A stretch of 64,000 nucleotides of DNA from an uncultured delta proteobacterium (GCA_963832165.1 CAWHTE010000003.1:256001-320000); one strand, 5' to 3'. Numbered from the stretch's first letter, positions 1 through 17,104 are shown. Numbers and translations are program-made. Notes: generated by a model not told the origin, from the letters alone.

Positions 1-1
1 G

Positions 2-151
2 GTGCTCGCGGGCGCACCGAGCCTGCGCGACGTGATCGCGTTCCCGAAGACCCAGCGCGGTCAGGATCTCTTGATGGACGCTCCGTCGCCCGTGGCCGGC
101 GAGCAGCTCGAGGAGCTCGCGATCCGCGTCTCGCCCGTCGAGAAGTCCTGA
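2..151 (+). CDS. aspS: Aspartate-tRNA ligase, C-terminal end (partial)
   Basis: Frame 2 reads [31 protein letters not shown]...*, the typical AspRS C-terminus; TGA at 149-151. Confidence 0.9.
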   Translation: MLAGAPSLRDVIAFPKTQRGQDLLMDAPSPVAGEQLEELAIRVSPVEKS

Positions 152-168
152 ATTAAGATCGCCTCCCC

Positions 169-1404
<1,236 letters not shown>

Positions 1405-1407
1405 TAG

Positions 1408-3556
<2,149 letters not shown>

Positions 3557-3557
<1 letters not shown>

Positions 3558-4435
3558 TGGCGATCCTCTGCGACAAGAACACGCGCCTGCTCGTGCAGGG
3601 CATGGGCCGCATGGGCCAGTTCCACGCGAAGCTCTCGATCGAGTACGGCACGCAGGTGGTCGGCGGCGTCGCGCCGGGCAAGGGCGGCCAGAAGATCGAC
3701 GGCATCCCCGTGTTCGACACGGTCGACGCCGCCGTGCGCGCGACCGGCGCGAACGCGTCGGTGATCTTCGTGCCGCCGCCGGGCGCGGCCGACGCGATCC
3801 TCGAGGCCGCCGACGCCGGCGTAGCACTCGCCGCGTGCATCACCGAGGGCATTCCCGTGCTCGACATGGCGCGCGCGAAGGCGAGCCTGCGCGGCTCTTC
3901 GATGCGACTCGTCGGCCCGAACTGTCCCGGTGTGGTGACGCCCGGGCAGTGCCGGATCGGCATCATGCCCGCGCAGATCACGCGGCCGGGTCCGGTCGGC
4001 GTGGTGTCGCGCTCGGGCACGCTCACCTACGAAGCGGTCGATCAGCTGTCGCGGCTCGGGATCGGGCAGTCCACCTGCGTCGGCATCGGCGGCGATCCCG
4101 TGATCGGCACGAGCTTCGTCGACGCACTCGCGCTGTTCGAGGCCGACCCGGAGACGCGCGCCGTCGTGATGATCGGCGAGATCGGCGGCAACGCCGAGGA
4201 GACCGCCGCGCTCTTCGTGAAGGAGCACATGACCAAGCCCGTGGTCGCGTTCATCGCAGGGCAGAACGCGCCGCCGGGCAAGCGCATGGGCCACGCCGGC
4301 GCGATCATCGCGGGCGGCAAGGGGCGCGCGAGCGACAAGATCGCCGCACTCGAAGCCGCGGGCGTCGCGGTGTCGCGCTCGCCGGCCGCGATCGGCGAAA
4401 CGCTCGCGAAGCGCGTTCCGTCGCTGGCGGGGTGA
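3557..4435 (+). CDS. sucD: Succinyl-CoA ligase alpha subunit
   Basis: [32 protein letters not shown] (phospho-His motif). Confidence 0.97.
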
Positions 4436-5673
4436 CGACGGCGGAGCGGCGCCGGCTCGGCACTGCTGCGCTCGCCTTCGCGGCGCTCGCGCTCGGGGTC
4501 GCATGTCTCGAGCTCGTCTCGGCCTGGATCCTGCCCGGGCTCGAGGAGCGCGCTGCACCCGGTGCGTTGCGAGCGATCGAGCCGCAGCGCACGCGCTTCG
4601 AGGAGCTCTACTTCGCCGCGAAGATCCTGCACCCGTATCTCGGCTACGCGGCCAATCCCGACGACCCGCGCGTGAACGACTACGGTTGGTTCGGCGGCGA
4701 TCCGCTCGCGCCGCGCGAGCCCGGCGAGGTGGTCGTGGCGATCTTCGGCGGATCGCTCGCGATGAGCTTTCAGGTGACCGGCGAGCAGTTCTCCCAGGCG
4801 CTCGCTGCGCGCGCGTTCCCGGGCGCCCGCGTGCGCATCGTTCACGCGGCGCTCGACGGCTACAAGCAGCCCCAGCAGCTGATCCAGCTCGCGTTCCTGT
4901 TCGGACTCGGCGCGCGCTTCGACGCGGTGATCAACCTAGACGGCTTCAACGAGGTGGCGCTTCCCTTTGCGGAGAACGTCCCGGCCGGCGTCTACCCGTT
5001 CTACCCCCGCAACTGGCACCTGTTCTCGAAGCAGGGTTTCTCGGCGGAGCTCGCGCACGCGGTCGTGCGCGTCGACGACCTGGCGCAGCGGCGCGAGCGC
5101 TGGCGATCGCGCCTGCAGGGCGGCCCGCTCGCGAACAGCCGTCTCATCCGCGTGCTCGGTCTGCACCTGGATCAACGGCTCTATCGGGACTGGCAGCAGG
5201 CGATCACGGGCGTCGAGGCTTCGCTCGGGAAGGGGCACAGCGATTTCCACGATCTCGGTCCTCGCGTCGCGTATGGCTCCGAGTCGGAGCTGTTCGCGGA
5301 TCTCGTGCGCGTCTGGCGCAACGGGTCGGAGCAGATGGCGCACCTGTGTGCGCGAAACGGTGCCGCCTACTATCACTTCCTGCAGCCCAATCAGTACGTT
5401 CCCGGCGCGAAGGTGTGGAGTGCGGCCGAGCAGCGAACCATGGCGGGACCGAAGTTTTCGTTTCGCCACGCCGTCGAGGTGGGCTATCCGCTGCTGCGCG
5501 CTGCGGGCGCCGAGCTCGCTGCAGCGGGGGTCTCCTTCACGGATCTCACCGATCTGTTTCGCTCCGAGCGCGACACGATCTACATCGACCGCTGCTGCCA
5601 CATGAACGAGCGCGGGTACCAGCGCATGAACGACGAGATCGCCGCGGTGATCGCGCGCGCGCCGCGAGGCTGA
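4432..5673 (+). CDS. Membrane-anchored SGNH/GDSL hydrolase-like protein
   Basis: GTG overlapping the sucD stop; N-terminal hydrophobic helix; IFGGS, LDGFNE and YIDRCCH blocks resemble SGNH blocks I, III and V. Confidence 0.6.
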   Translation: MTTAERRRLGTAALAFAALALGVACLELVSAWILPGLEERAAPGALRAIEPQRTRFEELYFAAKILHPYLGYAANPDDPRVNDYGWFGGDPLAPREPGEVVVAIFGGSLAMSFQVTGEQFSQALAARAFPGARVRIVHAALDGYKQPQQLIQLAFLFGLGARFDAVINLDGFNEVALPFAENVPAGVYPFYPRNWHLFSKQGFSAELAHAVVRVDDLAQRRERWRSRLQGGPLANSRLIRVLGLHLDQRLYRDWQQAITGVEASLGKGHSDFHDLGPRVAYGSESELFADLVRVWRNGSEQMAHLCARNGAAYYHFLQPNQYVPGAKVWSAAEQRTMAGPKFSFRHAVEVGYPLLRAAGAELAAAGVSFTDLTDLFRSERDTIYIDRCCHMNERGYQRMNDEIAAVIARAPRG

Positions 5674-5674
5674 A

Positions 5675-6268
5675 ATGGAGCTGCTGCTGATCCGCCACGC
5701 ACTGCCCGAGCGCGTCGAGACGAAGGACGGCAGCCCGGCCGATCCGCCGCTGTCCGCGATCGGCCGCGCGCAGGCCGAGCGCATGGCGCGCTGGGTGGCC
5801 GCCGAGAAGGTAGGCGCGGTCTACGCGAGCCCGATGCGCCGCGCGCGCCAGACCGCCGACGCGCTCGCGGGCCTGCTGGGCGCGCCGGTCGAGATCGACG
5901 CGGGGCTCGTCGAGATGGACCACCTCTCCGACGTCTACGTGCCGCTCGAGCAGCTCAAGGCGCAGGACTATCCGCGCTGGCAGGAGATGGTGCAGCGCGG
6001 CGGGCTGTACGCGGGTGTCGATCTCACCGCGTTCCGGCGCAACGTGGTCGCGTCGATCGAGCGCGCGATCGCGGTGCACCGGGGCGGCCGCATCGCCGTC
6101 GTGTGTCACGGCGGCGTGATCAACGCATGGGCCGGACACGTGCTCGGCATCGCCGACCCGTTCTTCCTCGACGTCGCCTACACGGGCGTCTCGCGCTTCC
6201 TCGCCGCGTCGACGGGCGAGCGCAGTGTGCGCAGCCTGAACGAGACGGCACACCTGCGCGAAGGGTGA
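5675..6268 (+). CDS. Histidine phosphatase (phosphoglycerate mutase family) protein
   Basis: LLLIRHA, ASPMRRARQTA, VVCHGGVI, LNETAHL. Confidence 0.88.
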   Translation: MELLLIRHALPERVETKDGSPADPPLSAIGRAQAERMARWVAAEKVGAVYASPMRRARQTADALAGLLGAPVEIDAGLVEMDHLSDVYVPLEQLKAQDYPRWQEMVQRGGLYAGVDLTAFRRNVVASIERAIAVHRGGRIAVVCHGGVINAWAGHVLGIADPFFLDVAYTGVSRFLAASTGERSVRSLNETAHLREG

Positions 6269-6278
6269 GCCGCGCGCA

Positions 6279-7232
6279 TCACCCCGCGCGCTGGCTCTCG
6301 CGAAGCGAGGCGAGGTCGCGGATGTAGAGCAGGCCGAGCGGCAGGCGAGCGCAGATCAGCGCGACGGGGAAGCACAGCGCGAACGCGAGGATCGCCGCCT
6401 CCGATCCGTGCGGCGCGAACAGGTAGAGCATCGCGGCCTGCTGCGTGCCCAGCCCGGCGGGTGTGATCGGCAGAGCGGCGACGACCAGTACGATCGGCGT
6501 GGCGGCCATCGCGAACAGCAGCGGGGCCGCGGCGTGGAACGCCCAGGTGCCGAGCCAGAAGTAGAGCACGAAGCCGGTGAAGTAGCAGGCGCGCACGGCG
6601 ACGAGCACGGCCAGGTCGCGCAGGGTCGCCTGCCGGTGCGTCGAGAAGATTCCGGCAGCGCGGAAGCGCTGCAGCCAGCTCCAGCCCGGTCGCGACGTCA
6701 TGAGCACGACGAGCATCGCGATCGCAAATCCGTCCGCGATCGCGGCCGCGCGCTGGATCTGCGCGATCGCCGGCGAGTCGGGCAGCGTCGACGCGCCCAC
6801 GAGCGCGAGCGTTGCGAGCACGAGCAGGTCGATGATTCCGTAGAAGAGCATCGTGCTCGTCGACTGCAGGGCGCCGATTCCCTTCGAACGCCGCAGGTGG
6901 AGGATGATCGCGGCGGTCCCGAGGTTCCAGTTGATCGGCGTGGCGAGATAGGTGAGTCCGCGCAGCGCGCGGGCTTCCTTCCAGCTGACGGGAGCGTTGA
7001 AGCGCGTGAACAGGTAGGCGAAAGCGCGCGACTCGAGCAACCACCACGCGGTGACCGCGAGAGCGGTCACGAGCACGAACTCGACCAGGCGCGCCTGCCC
7101 GGCGGCGGTCCACGCGTCGGCGAGCGGGACGCGGTCGAACAGGAACCACAAGATCGCCGCGGCGATCGCCCACGGCGCCGCCTTGCGCGCTGCCTTGGCG
7201 ACGCGTGAGCCCGTTAGTCGCTCACGGTCCAG
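6279..7232 (-). CDS. Multi-pass membrane protein, YbhN/lysylphosphatidylglycerol synthase TM-domain family (start uncertain)
   Basis: About 8 hydrophobic segments; LPITPAGLGTQQAA motif; no ATG/GTG near the expected start, in-frame CTG at 7232. Confidence 0.7.
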   Translation of the reverse strand: MDRERLTGSRVAKAARKAAPWAIAAAILWFLFDRVPLADAWTAAGQARLVEFVLVTALAVTAWWLLESRAFAYLFTRFNAPVSWKEARALRGLTYLATPINWNLGTAAIILHLRRSKGIGALQSTSTMLFYGIIDLLVLATLALVGASTLPDSPAIAQIQRAAAIADGFAIAMLVVLMTSRPGWSWLQRFRAAGIFSTHRQATLRDLAVLVAVRACYFTGFVLYFWLGTWAFHAAAPLLFAMAATPIVLVVAALPITPAGLGTQQAAMLYLFAPHGSEAAILAFALCFPVALICARLPLGLLYIRDLASLRESQRAG

Positions 7233-8242
7233 GTGTCGCCCGAGTTCAGCAGCGCAGCGAGGTCGCCCCGGCCGCGCTTGGCGATCGCGGACTGCACCTG
7301 CTGATCGAGCAGCTGGTCGTAGGTAGGCTTCTCGACGGCGCGGAACACGCCGATCGGCAGCGGGAAGTCGGGCCGCTGCAGGCTCGCGAGCGCGAAGGCG
7401 TAGGCAGGGCTCTCGTGCCGCTCGTGGTGGATCGCGATGCCCTTGTTGATCGGGTCCTCGCCCGCGCCCAGGTGGACGATCGACGGGATGCCGTTCTCGA
7501 TCCGGATCCCGCGACGCTGATCGTCTGCGCCCCACACCAGCGGCTGGCCATCCTCGAGATCGAGCGCGGCCTCGATGCGCTGCTTGCGGTCCTCCACCTC
7601 GATCCACTCGTCGTCGTTGTAGACCGGGCAGTTCTGCAGGATCTCGATGAACGCGGTGCCTTTGTGATCGTGGGCGCGGCGCAGCATCTCCTGGAGGTGC
7701 GAGGCGTGCACGTCGATCGTGCGCGCCACGAACGTGGCGCCCGCGCCGAGCGCGAACGCGATCGGATCGATCGGGTGGTCGATCGCGCCGTCAGGCGTCG
7801 ACTTCGTCTTCATCCCGACCCGCGAGGTCGGCGAGTACTGGCCCTTGGTGAGGCCGTAGACGCGGTTGTTGAACAGGAGGATCTGCAGGTCGACGTTGCG
7901 GCGGATCGTGTGGAGCAGATGGTTGCCGCCGATCGAGAGGCCGTCGCCGTCCCCCGTCACCACCCACACCGAGAGCTCGGGCCGGCTGGCCTTGATCCCC
8001 GTGGCGAACGCGGGTGCGCGGCCGTGGATCGTGTGCATGCCGTAGGTGTTCATGTAGTAGGGGAAGCGGCTCGAGCAGCCGATGCCCGACACGAACACGA
8101 AGTTCTCGCGCGGGATCCCGAGCTCGGGCATCACGCGCTGCACGTTGGCGAGGACCGAGTAGTCGCCGCAGCCCGGGCACCAGCGGACGTCCTGATCGGT
8201 TTGGAAGTCCTTGGGGGTGAGGGCCGGAGTCGCCTCTGCCAT
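7214..8242 (-). CDS. korB: 2-oxoacid:ferredoxin oxidoreductase beta subunit
   Basis: RWCPGCGDY, SGIGCSSR, HTIHGRA, TPP motif GDGDGLSIGGNH...NN, YGLTKGQYSPT. Confidence 0.93.
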   Translation of the reverse strand: MAEATPALTPKDFQTDQDVRWCPGCGDYSVLANVQRVMPELGIPRENFVFVSGIGCSSRFPYYMNTYGMHTIHGRAPAFATGIKASRPELSVWVVTGDGDGLSIGGNHLLHTIRRNVDLQILLFNNRVYGLTKGQYSPTSRVGMKTKSTPDGAIDHPIDPIAFALGAGATFVARTIDVHASHLQEMLRRAHDHKGTAFIEILQNCPVYNDDEWIEVEDRKQRIEAALDLEDGQPLVWGADDQRRGIRIENGIPSIVHLGAGEDPINKGIAIHHERHESPAYAFALASLQRPDFPLPIGVFRAVEKPTYDQLLDQQVQSAIAKRGRGDLAALLNSGDTWTVSD

Positions 8243-10086
8243 CAGTTTCGAGCCTCGCGAGTGCGCAGGAGCTCGTCGATACGGGCGCGGAGCTCCTGCA
8301 CTTTGAAGGGTTGTCCCTGGATCTTCGAGAACGAGTGCGCGGGCACCAGGAACTCCGCGCGCAAAAGCATCGCGAGCTGTCCCGCGTTGAGCTCGGGCAC
8401 GAGCACCTGATCGAACGAGCGCAGCACCTCGCCGAGATTGCTCGGGAACGGGTTCAGGTGGCGCAGATGGATCGCCGACACCGCGAGCCCGTCGGCGCGC
8501 GCCGACTCCACGGCCGACAGGATCGCGCCGTGCGTGCCGCCCCAGCCGACCACGAGCAGATCGCCGCGGTCGTCGCCGGTCACCTCGACCGGCGGCAGCT
8601 CGGCGGCGATCCGCGCGATCTTCTCGTCGCGCAACGCGATCATGCGCGCGTTGTTGATCGGGTCGTACGAGACGTTGCCCGTGTTCTCCTGCTTCGAGAG
8701 CCCGCCGATCCGGTGCTCGAGCCCGGGCGTGCCCGGGATCGCCCACGGCCGCGCGAGCGTCTCGGCATCGCGGAGATAGGGCAGGAAGCCCTCCGGATCG
8801 GTGCGGTAGTGCACGGGTGAGCGGACGAGGCTGTCGAGATCGGGGATCAGCCAGGGCTCGGCGCTGTTGGCGAGATAGGAGTCGGAGAGCACGATGACCG
8901 GCGTCATGTAACGCACGGCGATCCGGAACGCCTCGATCATCGTGTAGAAGCAGTCGCCCGGCGTGCACGGCGCGAGCACGGGGACCGGGCTCTCGCTGTT
9001 GCGCCCGTGCAGCGCGAGCAGCAGATCGCCCTGCTCGATCTTCGTGGGCATGCCGGTCGACGGGCCGGACCTCTGGATGTCGACCACTACGAGCGGGAGC
9101 TCGGTCATCACGGCGAGGCCGAGCGCTTCCTGCTTGAGCACCATGCCCGGGCCGCTCGTCGTGGTGACGGCGAGGTGCCCCGCGAACGACGCGCCGATCG
9201 ACGCGCTGATCGCCGCGATCTCGTCCTCGGCCTGGAACGTCTTCACGCCGAAGTTCCGGAAGCGCGCGACCTCGTGCAGTACGTCGCTCGCGGGCGTGAT
9301 CGGATAGGCGCCCAGGAACACGGGCCGCTCCATCTGCACGCCCGCGGCCACGATCCCCCACGCGAGGGCGGTATTGCCCGTGATGTTGCGGTAGGTACCC
9401 GGTTGGATCTTCGCGCGCGGGATGATGTACGAACGCTTGAACAGCTCGGTGGTCTCGCCGAACGCGTACCCGGCCTTGAGCACGCGGATGTTCGCCTCGA
9501 GCACCTCGCCGCGGAAACGCGACTCGAGCCAGCGCAGCGTCGACTCGATCGGCCTGTTGTAGAGCCAGTACATGAGGCCCAGCGCGAAGAAGTTCTTCGA
9601 GCGGTCGCCCTCGCGCGAGCCGATCGAGAGATCCTTGATCGCCTCGCGATTGAGCGCGGTGATCGGGATCTCGACCAGCTGGTAGCGATCGCGCAGCACG
9701 AGCAGCGGGTCTTCGTCCGACTCGTAGCCCGCGCGCAGCAGCGACTTCTTGTTGAACGCGTCGCTGTTGATGATCACCGTGCCACCGCGGCGCACGTCGT
9801 CGATGTTGGCGCGCAGCGCGGCGGGGTTGAACGCGACGAGCACGTCGGGCTGGTCGGCCGGGGTGCGCACGTCGGTCGCGGAGAAGTGGATCTGGAAGCC
9901 CGAGACGCCCGCGAGCGTTCCAGCCGGGGCACGGATCTCGGCGGGGAAGTCGGGCAGCGTGGAGAGGTCGTTGCCCGCGAGCGCGGTGGACTCGGTGAAC
10001 TTGGTGCCGGTGAGCTGGATGCCGTCACCGGAGTCGCCGCAGAAACGAATTGCCACCCGTTCGATCTGCTCGGTGGGCTTCCCCAT
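8242..10086 (-). CDS. korA: 2-oxoacid:ferredoxin oxidoreductase alpha subunit (gamma-alpha fused)
   Basis: FCGDSGDGIQLTG, FPAEIRAPAGT, YPITPASD, QAEDEIAA, TTTSGPG, QRSGPSTGMPTK. Confidence 0.93.
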   Translation of the reverse strand: MGKPTEQIERVAIRFCGDSGDGIQLTGTKFTESTALAGNDLSTLPDFPAEIRAPAGTLAGVSGFQIHFSATDVRTPADQPDVLVAFNPAALRANIDDVRRGGTVIINSDAFNKKSLLRAGYESDEDPLLVLRDRYQLVEIPITALNREAIKDLSIGSREGDRSKNFFALGLMYWLYNRPIESTLRWLESRFRGEVLEANIRVLKAGYAFGETTELFKRSYIIPRAKIQPGTYRNITGNTALAWGIVAAGVQMERPVFLGAYPITPASDVLHEVARFRNFGVKTFQAEDEIAAISASIGASFAGHLAVTTTSGPGMVLKQEALGLAVMTELPLVVVDIQRSGPSTGMPTKIEQGDLLLALHGRNSESPVPVLAPCTPGDCFYTMIEAFRIAVRYMTPVIVLSDSYLANSAEPWLIPDLDSLVRSPVHYRTDPEGFLPYLRDAETLARPWAIPGTPGLEHRIGGLSKQENTGNVSYDPINNARMIALRDEKIARIAAELPPVEVTGDDRGDLLVVGWGGTHGAILSAVESARADGLAVSAIHLRHLNPFPSNLGEVLRSFDQVLVPELNAGQLAMLLRAEFLVPAHSFSKIQGQPFKVQELRARIDELLRTREARN

Positions 10087-10369
10087 TGTTTCGCTCACCA
10101 CCCCCTTTGGAATGCCCGTGTGGGCCGTGTCGAGTCGGGCGCCGCGAACGGATGGCATCGCGCGCCAGCGCCCGGGTGTACGCTCGGTGTCCCGGATTGC
10201 ACTCGGGACGAATGGAGTGTATCGGGCGCAGAATCGGGCGAAACCCCACAGCCCGATCGGCCGCCGATTCGGGTCGCTCCCAAAAGGCCACTGGCGCCAG
10301 CAACTTCCCAGGGAAGCCTGCATGCGGATGAGGCTCAAGTTACGGCGCTCCGGGCCCGATAGGCCCGGC

Positions 10370-10798
10370 ATGATTGCTCCCGCAGCGGGCCCGCACAGCG
10401 CGACGCTGGAGGGCCTTCACGCCCTGTACGTGTCGCTGAACAGCCCGGTCGTCAGCGTGGATCGGCTGCCGGTCGGCCCCGCGGCGGCCGCGATCGCGGT
10501 GCACGGCACGGGTACCACGCTCTTGATCCGCTCCACGCGCACCGGGACGGTGGTGTTCTTCGCGGCTTCGCCGCGCTTCGGGCTCGAGGCCGCGCTGTCG
10601 CACGCGGAAGGGCTCGGCTTCTTGTTCGACGACGAGGCGAATCTCGCGAGCGGCGAGCGCTCGGCCTGGCCGGCCTGGCTCGCGGAGATCTTCGCGGCGG
10701 AGCCCACCGCGGAACGGGAACTCGAAGATCGCTCGGCATGGCTCAGCAAATTCCGCTGGGCCGCCGGGAGGCCGACGCAGTCGGCCGGCCGCCCGTAG
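10370..10798 (+). CDS. Hypothetical protein upstream of the Tgl-like gene (alternative start 10322)
   Basis: Coding-like ORF with ALYVSLNSPVV and EAALSHAEGLGFLFDDE segments; ends 19 nt before the TPR gene. Confidence 0.6.
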   Translation: MIAPAAGPHSATLEGLHALYVSLNSPVVSVDRLPVGPAAAAIAVHGTGTTLLIRSTRTGTVVFFAASPRFGLEAALSHAEGLGFLFDDEANLASGERSAWPAWLAEIFAAEPTAERELEDRSAWLSKFRWAAGRPTQSAGRP

Positions 10799-10817
10799 CG
10801 CGGCACAGGAGGGGACG

Positions 10818-11606
10818 ATGTGGAAATTCGGAGCGCGTTGGCTGTTGGTGTGGCTCGCTTCGGGCCTCGCGGCGTCGGGACTGGGCTGCGCGTCGCTTTC
10901 GGGCGGCGAGACGTCGGACCAGAACGCACGCAAGGCGGCCTCGCACATCGAGGTCGGCAGCGACCACCTCGCGAACGGCCGCAGCGCGCTCGCGCTGCGC
11001 GAATATCTCGCGGCCGAGAAGCTCGACCCGAAGAACGCTCGCGTGCACTACGCGCTAGCCGACGGCTATCTCGCGCGCGGCAAGACCGCCGATGCGGATC
11101 GGCACGCGCGCCGCGCGGTCGAGCTGTTCCCGGACTACCACGACGCGCGGCTCTTCCTGTCGGCGCTGCTCTTGATCCAGAAGCGCTACGACGAGACGAT
11201 CACCGAGTGCGATCGCCTAATCGACGATCCGACCTACGAGTCGCCCTGGCGCGCGCTCACGAACCGCGCGTGGGCGGAGTACAAGCTCGGCCGCGCGCCG
11301 CAGGCGCGCGAGTCGCTCTCGCTCGCGCGCGAGTACCGGCAGGACTATTGGCCCGCGATGCTCGCGCTCGCGATCGTCGAGGGCGAGACCGGCCGCCGGG
11401 CCGAGGCGATCCGTCTGTACCAGGACATCATCAAGCAGAGTCCCGGCCCCGCGGTGGAGTCCGAGGTGAACTACCGGATCGCCGAGGTCTACGTGGCGAT
11501 GGGCAAGCGCCGCGAGGCGATGGGTCACCTGACCACGTCGGTGGCGCGTGCCCCCGAGAGCCAGTGGGCGAAGAAGTCGCAGGCGTACTTGAAGCGCCTG
11601 CACTAG
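10818..11606 (+). CDS. TPR lipoprotein, Tgl/PilF(PilW)-like type IV pilus pilotin
   Basis: Signal peptide with lipobox LGC; tandem TPR-like repeats; DPTYESPWRALTN segment; followed by a RodZ-like HTH gene. Confidence 0.75.
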   Translation: MWKFGARWLLVWLASGLAASGLGCASLSGGETSDQNARKAASHIEVGSDHLANGRSALALREYLAAEKLDPKNARVHYALADGYLARGKTADADRHARRAVELFPDYHDARLFLSALLLIQKRYDETITECDRLIDDPTYESPWRALTNRAWAEYKLGRAPQARESLSLAREYRQDYWPAMLALAIVEGETGRRAEAIRLYQDIIKQSPGPAVESEVNYRIAEVYVAMGKRREAMGHLTTSVARAPESQWAKKSQAYLKRLH

Positions 11607-11618
11607 CTCCACGCTCGG

Positions 11619-12194
11619 GTGTACCCTCGCGGCGTGGCGGATCGATCCGAGCGCGGTGAGGAGGGCGGCGCCCAGGCGCCCGCCGCACCCGATCGGAGCT
11701 CGATCGGCCGCTACCTCGCCTCGCAGCGCAAGCTGCGCGGCATCTCGCTCGACGAACTCGCGGCTCGCACCAAGATCCCGCGCCGAAATCTCGAGCGCCT
11801 CGAGTCGGGCGCCTACGACACCCAGTCGGACGGATTCGTGCGCGGGTTCGTGCGCACGGTCGCGGAGGCACTCGGGCTCGATTCGCACGAGGCCTTGATG
11901 CGGATGGCGGGCGAGCCCGCGGGCGAGGACGAAGAGCAGATCTTGCGACGCCGCGTGCGCGTGGCGGTGCTCGGCGTCGTGGTGGGCGGAATTCTGCTGC
12001 TGCTGTTCGGGTTCGGCCTGCGGCTCGCCACGCGCTGGATCGTGGAGCCCACGGGCGGGCCGCCCGATCACGTGTTCCGGCGCGACGCGGTGCGCTCGCT
12101 CGCCGAGCAGAACGCGCGGGCGCCCGTGGATCGCGCGCGCCGCGGCGATGATTCGGGCGGCTCCGAGCGCGCCGATGATTCCGCGGATCGCTGA
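11619..12194 (+). CDS. RodZ-like helix-turn-helix membrane protein (alternative start 11634)
   Basis: IGRYLASQRKLRGISLDELAARTKI...LERLESG...FVRGFVRTVAEALGLD, then one TM helix. Confidence 0.8.
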   Translation: MYPRGVADRSERGEEGGAQAPAAPDRSSIGRYLASQRKLRGISLDELAARTKIPRRNLERLESGAYDTQSDGFVRGFVRTVAEALGLDSHEALMRMAGEPAGEDEEQILRRRVRVAVLGVVVGGILLLLFGFGLRLATRWIVEPTGGPPDHVFRRDAVRSLAEQNARAPVDRARRGDDSGGSERADDSADR

Positions 12195-12196
12195 CC

Positions 12197-12982
12197 TTGC
12201 CCGTCCCCGCTGCCGAGAACACCCACGCGGTGATCCTGCGCTCGGTCGACGTCGCCGAGTCGGACCGCATCCTGCACCTGCTCGTGCCCGAACACGGCCG
12301 CATCACCGTGGTGGCCAAGGGCGCGCGCCGCAGCACGAAGCGCTTCTCGGGCACGCTCGACCTGTTCAATCACCTGCGCGTGTCGCTGCACCGGCGCCGG
12401 GGCAGCGCGATCCACCGGCTCGATCAGGCGACGCTGGTGCGGCACTACGCGCCGCTGCGCAGCGACGCCGCGCGCTTCGCGCTCGCGTGCTACCTGCTCG
12501 AGCTGCTCGATCGGCTCGCTCCCGAGGGCGGACCGCGACGCGACATGCAGCGCTTGTTTCGCTTTGCGCTCGACTCGTTCGAGGCCGTCTCGACGCACCG
12601 CCCCGACGCCGCGTTGCGCACGATCCTGGAGCTGCGCGCGCTCGACGCGCTCGGGATGCGCCCCGAGCTGCGGCGCTGCATCGGCTGCGGCCGCGAGCTC
12701 GCGGGGGAGCAAAAGGTGGGCTTCCACGTCGCCGACGGCGGACCCGTGTGCGGCGCGTGCGCGGGGCGGCGCACCGGCGTCGTTCCTGTGCACCTCGGAA
12801 CGCTGCGCGCGCTCGATCGCGCGCTCGAGCTCGACGTGAATCACCTCGATCGCCTGATCCTGCCCGCGCGCGCGATCGAGGAGGCGCGTCAGGTGGTGGG
12901 CCGCTTCCAGCGCTTCCACGTCGGCGTCGAGCTGCGCAGCCAGCGATTCCTGGATCGCATGGGCGTCGGAGGCCCCGTATAA
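12197..12982 (+). CDS. recO: DNA repair protein RecO
   Basis: AVILRSVDVAESDRIL, AKGARRSTKRF, CIGC...CGAC zinc finger. Confidence 0.93.
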   Translation: MPVPAAENTHAVILRSVDVAESDRILHLLVPEHGRITVVAKGARRSTKRFSGTLDLFNHLRVSLHRRRGSAIHRLDQATLVRHYAPLRSDAARFALACYLLELLDRLAPEGGPRRDMQRLFRFALDSFEAVSTHRPDAALRTILELRALDALGMRPELRRCIGCGRELAGEQKVGFHVADGGPVCGACAGRRTGVVPVHLGTLRALDRALELDVNHLDRLILPARAIEEARQVVGRFQRFHVGVELRSQRFLDRMGVGGPV

Positions 12983-12983
12983 T
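12978..12983 (+). promoter_or_regulatory. Possible sigma70 -10 element for glyS
   Basis: Perfect TATAAT, rare at this GC content, 25 nt before the glyS ATG; -35 weak. Confidence 0.3.
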
Positions 12984-13007
12984 GCGCACCCGCACGCACG
13001 AGGAGTC

Positions 13008-14350
13008 ATGTCGAGCGAAGAGCCCGCGAAGCGCCGCCGCCTCGAGCGGATGGACGACCTCGTCTCGCTGTGCGCGCGCCGCGGGTTCATCTTCCCGTCC
13101 AGCGAGATCTATGGCGGGATCAACGGCTTCTGGGACTACGGTCCGCTCGGTACCGAGCTCAAGCAGAACCTGAAGGCGCTCTGGTGGCAGCGCGTCGTGC
13201 GCGAGCGGCCCGACGTCGAGGGCATCGACAGCGCGATCATCGCGCACCCGCGCACCTGGGAGGCATCGGGCCACGTCGAGCACTTCAGCGACCCGATGGT
13301 GGACTGCCGCGCCTGCAAGAAGCGCTTCCGCGCCGATCAGCTCGACGACGCGCCCCCGTGCAGCGCGCGCCAGGGCACCTCGCAGCACGACTTCACCGAG
13401 CCGCGCAACTTCAACCTGATGCTGTCGACCCAGATCGGAGCGTCGGAGGAGGGCGCTCAGATCGCCTATCTGCGCGCCGAGACCTGTCAGCCGATCTTCA
13501 ACGACTTCAAGCGCGTGCGCGAGGCGGGGCGCCAGAAGATCCCGTTCGGCATCGCGCAGATCGGCAAGGCGTTCCGCAACGAGATCAATCCGCGCAACTT
13601 CACCTTCCGCTCGCGCGAGTTCGAGCAGGCCGAGCTCGAGTTCTTCGTGCACCCGAGCGAGCGCGAGAAGTGGTTCGAGCACTGGCAGGCCGAGCGCCTC
13701 GCGTTCCACCGCGAGCTCGGCTTCGCCGACGAGCGCCTGCGCACGCGCGCGCACGCGCCCGACGAGCTCGCCCACTACGCGCGTGCCGCGGTCGACGTCG
13801 AGTATCTGTTCCCGTTCGGGTGGCAGGAGATCGAGGGCATCCACGACCGCGGCGATTGGGACCTGTCGCGCCACAGCCAGTACTCGGGCAAGGACCTCGG
13901 CATCACGGATCCCGACACCAAGGAGCATTACATGCCGATGGTGATCGAGACGTCGGTGGGCGTGGACCGCACCTGCCTCGCGCTGCTGTGCGACGCCTAT
14001 GCCGAGGAGGAGCTCGGGCCCGACGACACGCGCGTGGTGATGCGCTTCCCCGCCGCGCTGGCGCCGGTCTCGGTGGCGGTGCTGCCGCTCTCGAAGAAGC
14101 TCGCGGAGCCCGCGCTCGCGCTCGAGCGCGAGCTGCGGCGGCGCTTCAACGTCTTCTACGACGACGCGGGCAACATCGGCCGGCGCTACCGCCGCCAGGA
14201 TGAGGCGGGAACGCCTTTCTGTGTCACGATCGATTTCGAGACCGGCGGGGACGGGCAGGTGACGGTGCGCGAGCGCGATTCGATGAGCCAGGAGCGGATC
14301 GGCATCGCGAGCGTGGGCTCCTACGTGGCCGAGCGGCTGGGCCGCCCGGC

Positions 14351-14354
<4 letters not shown>
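13008..14354 (+). CDS. glyS: Glycine-tRNA ligase, homodimeric alpha2 type
   Basis: [59 protein letters not shown] anticodon-binding domain. Confidence 0.95.
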
Positions 14355-17104
<2,750 letters not shown>

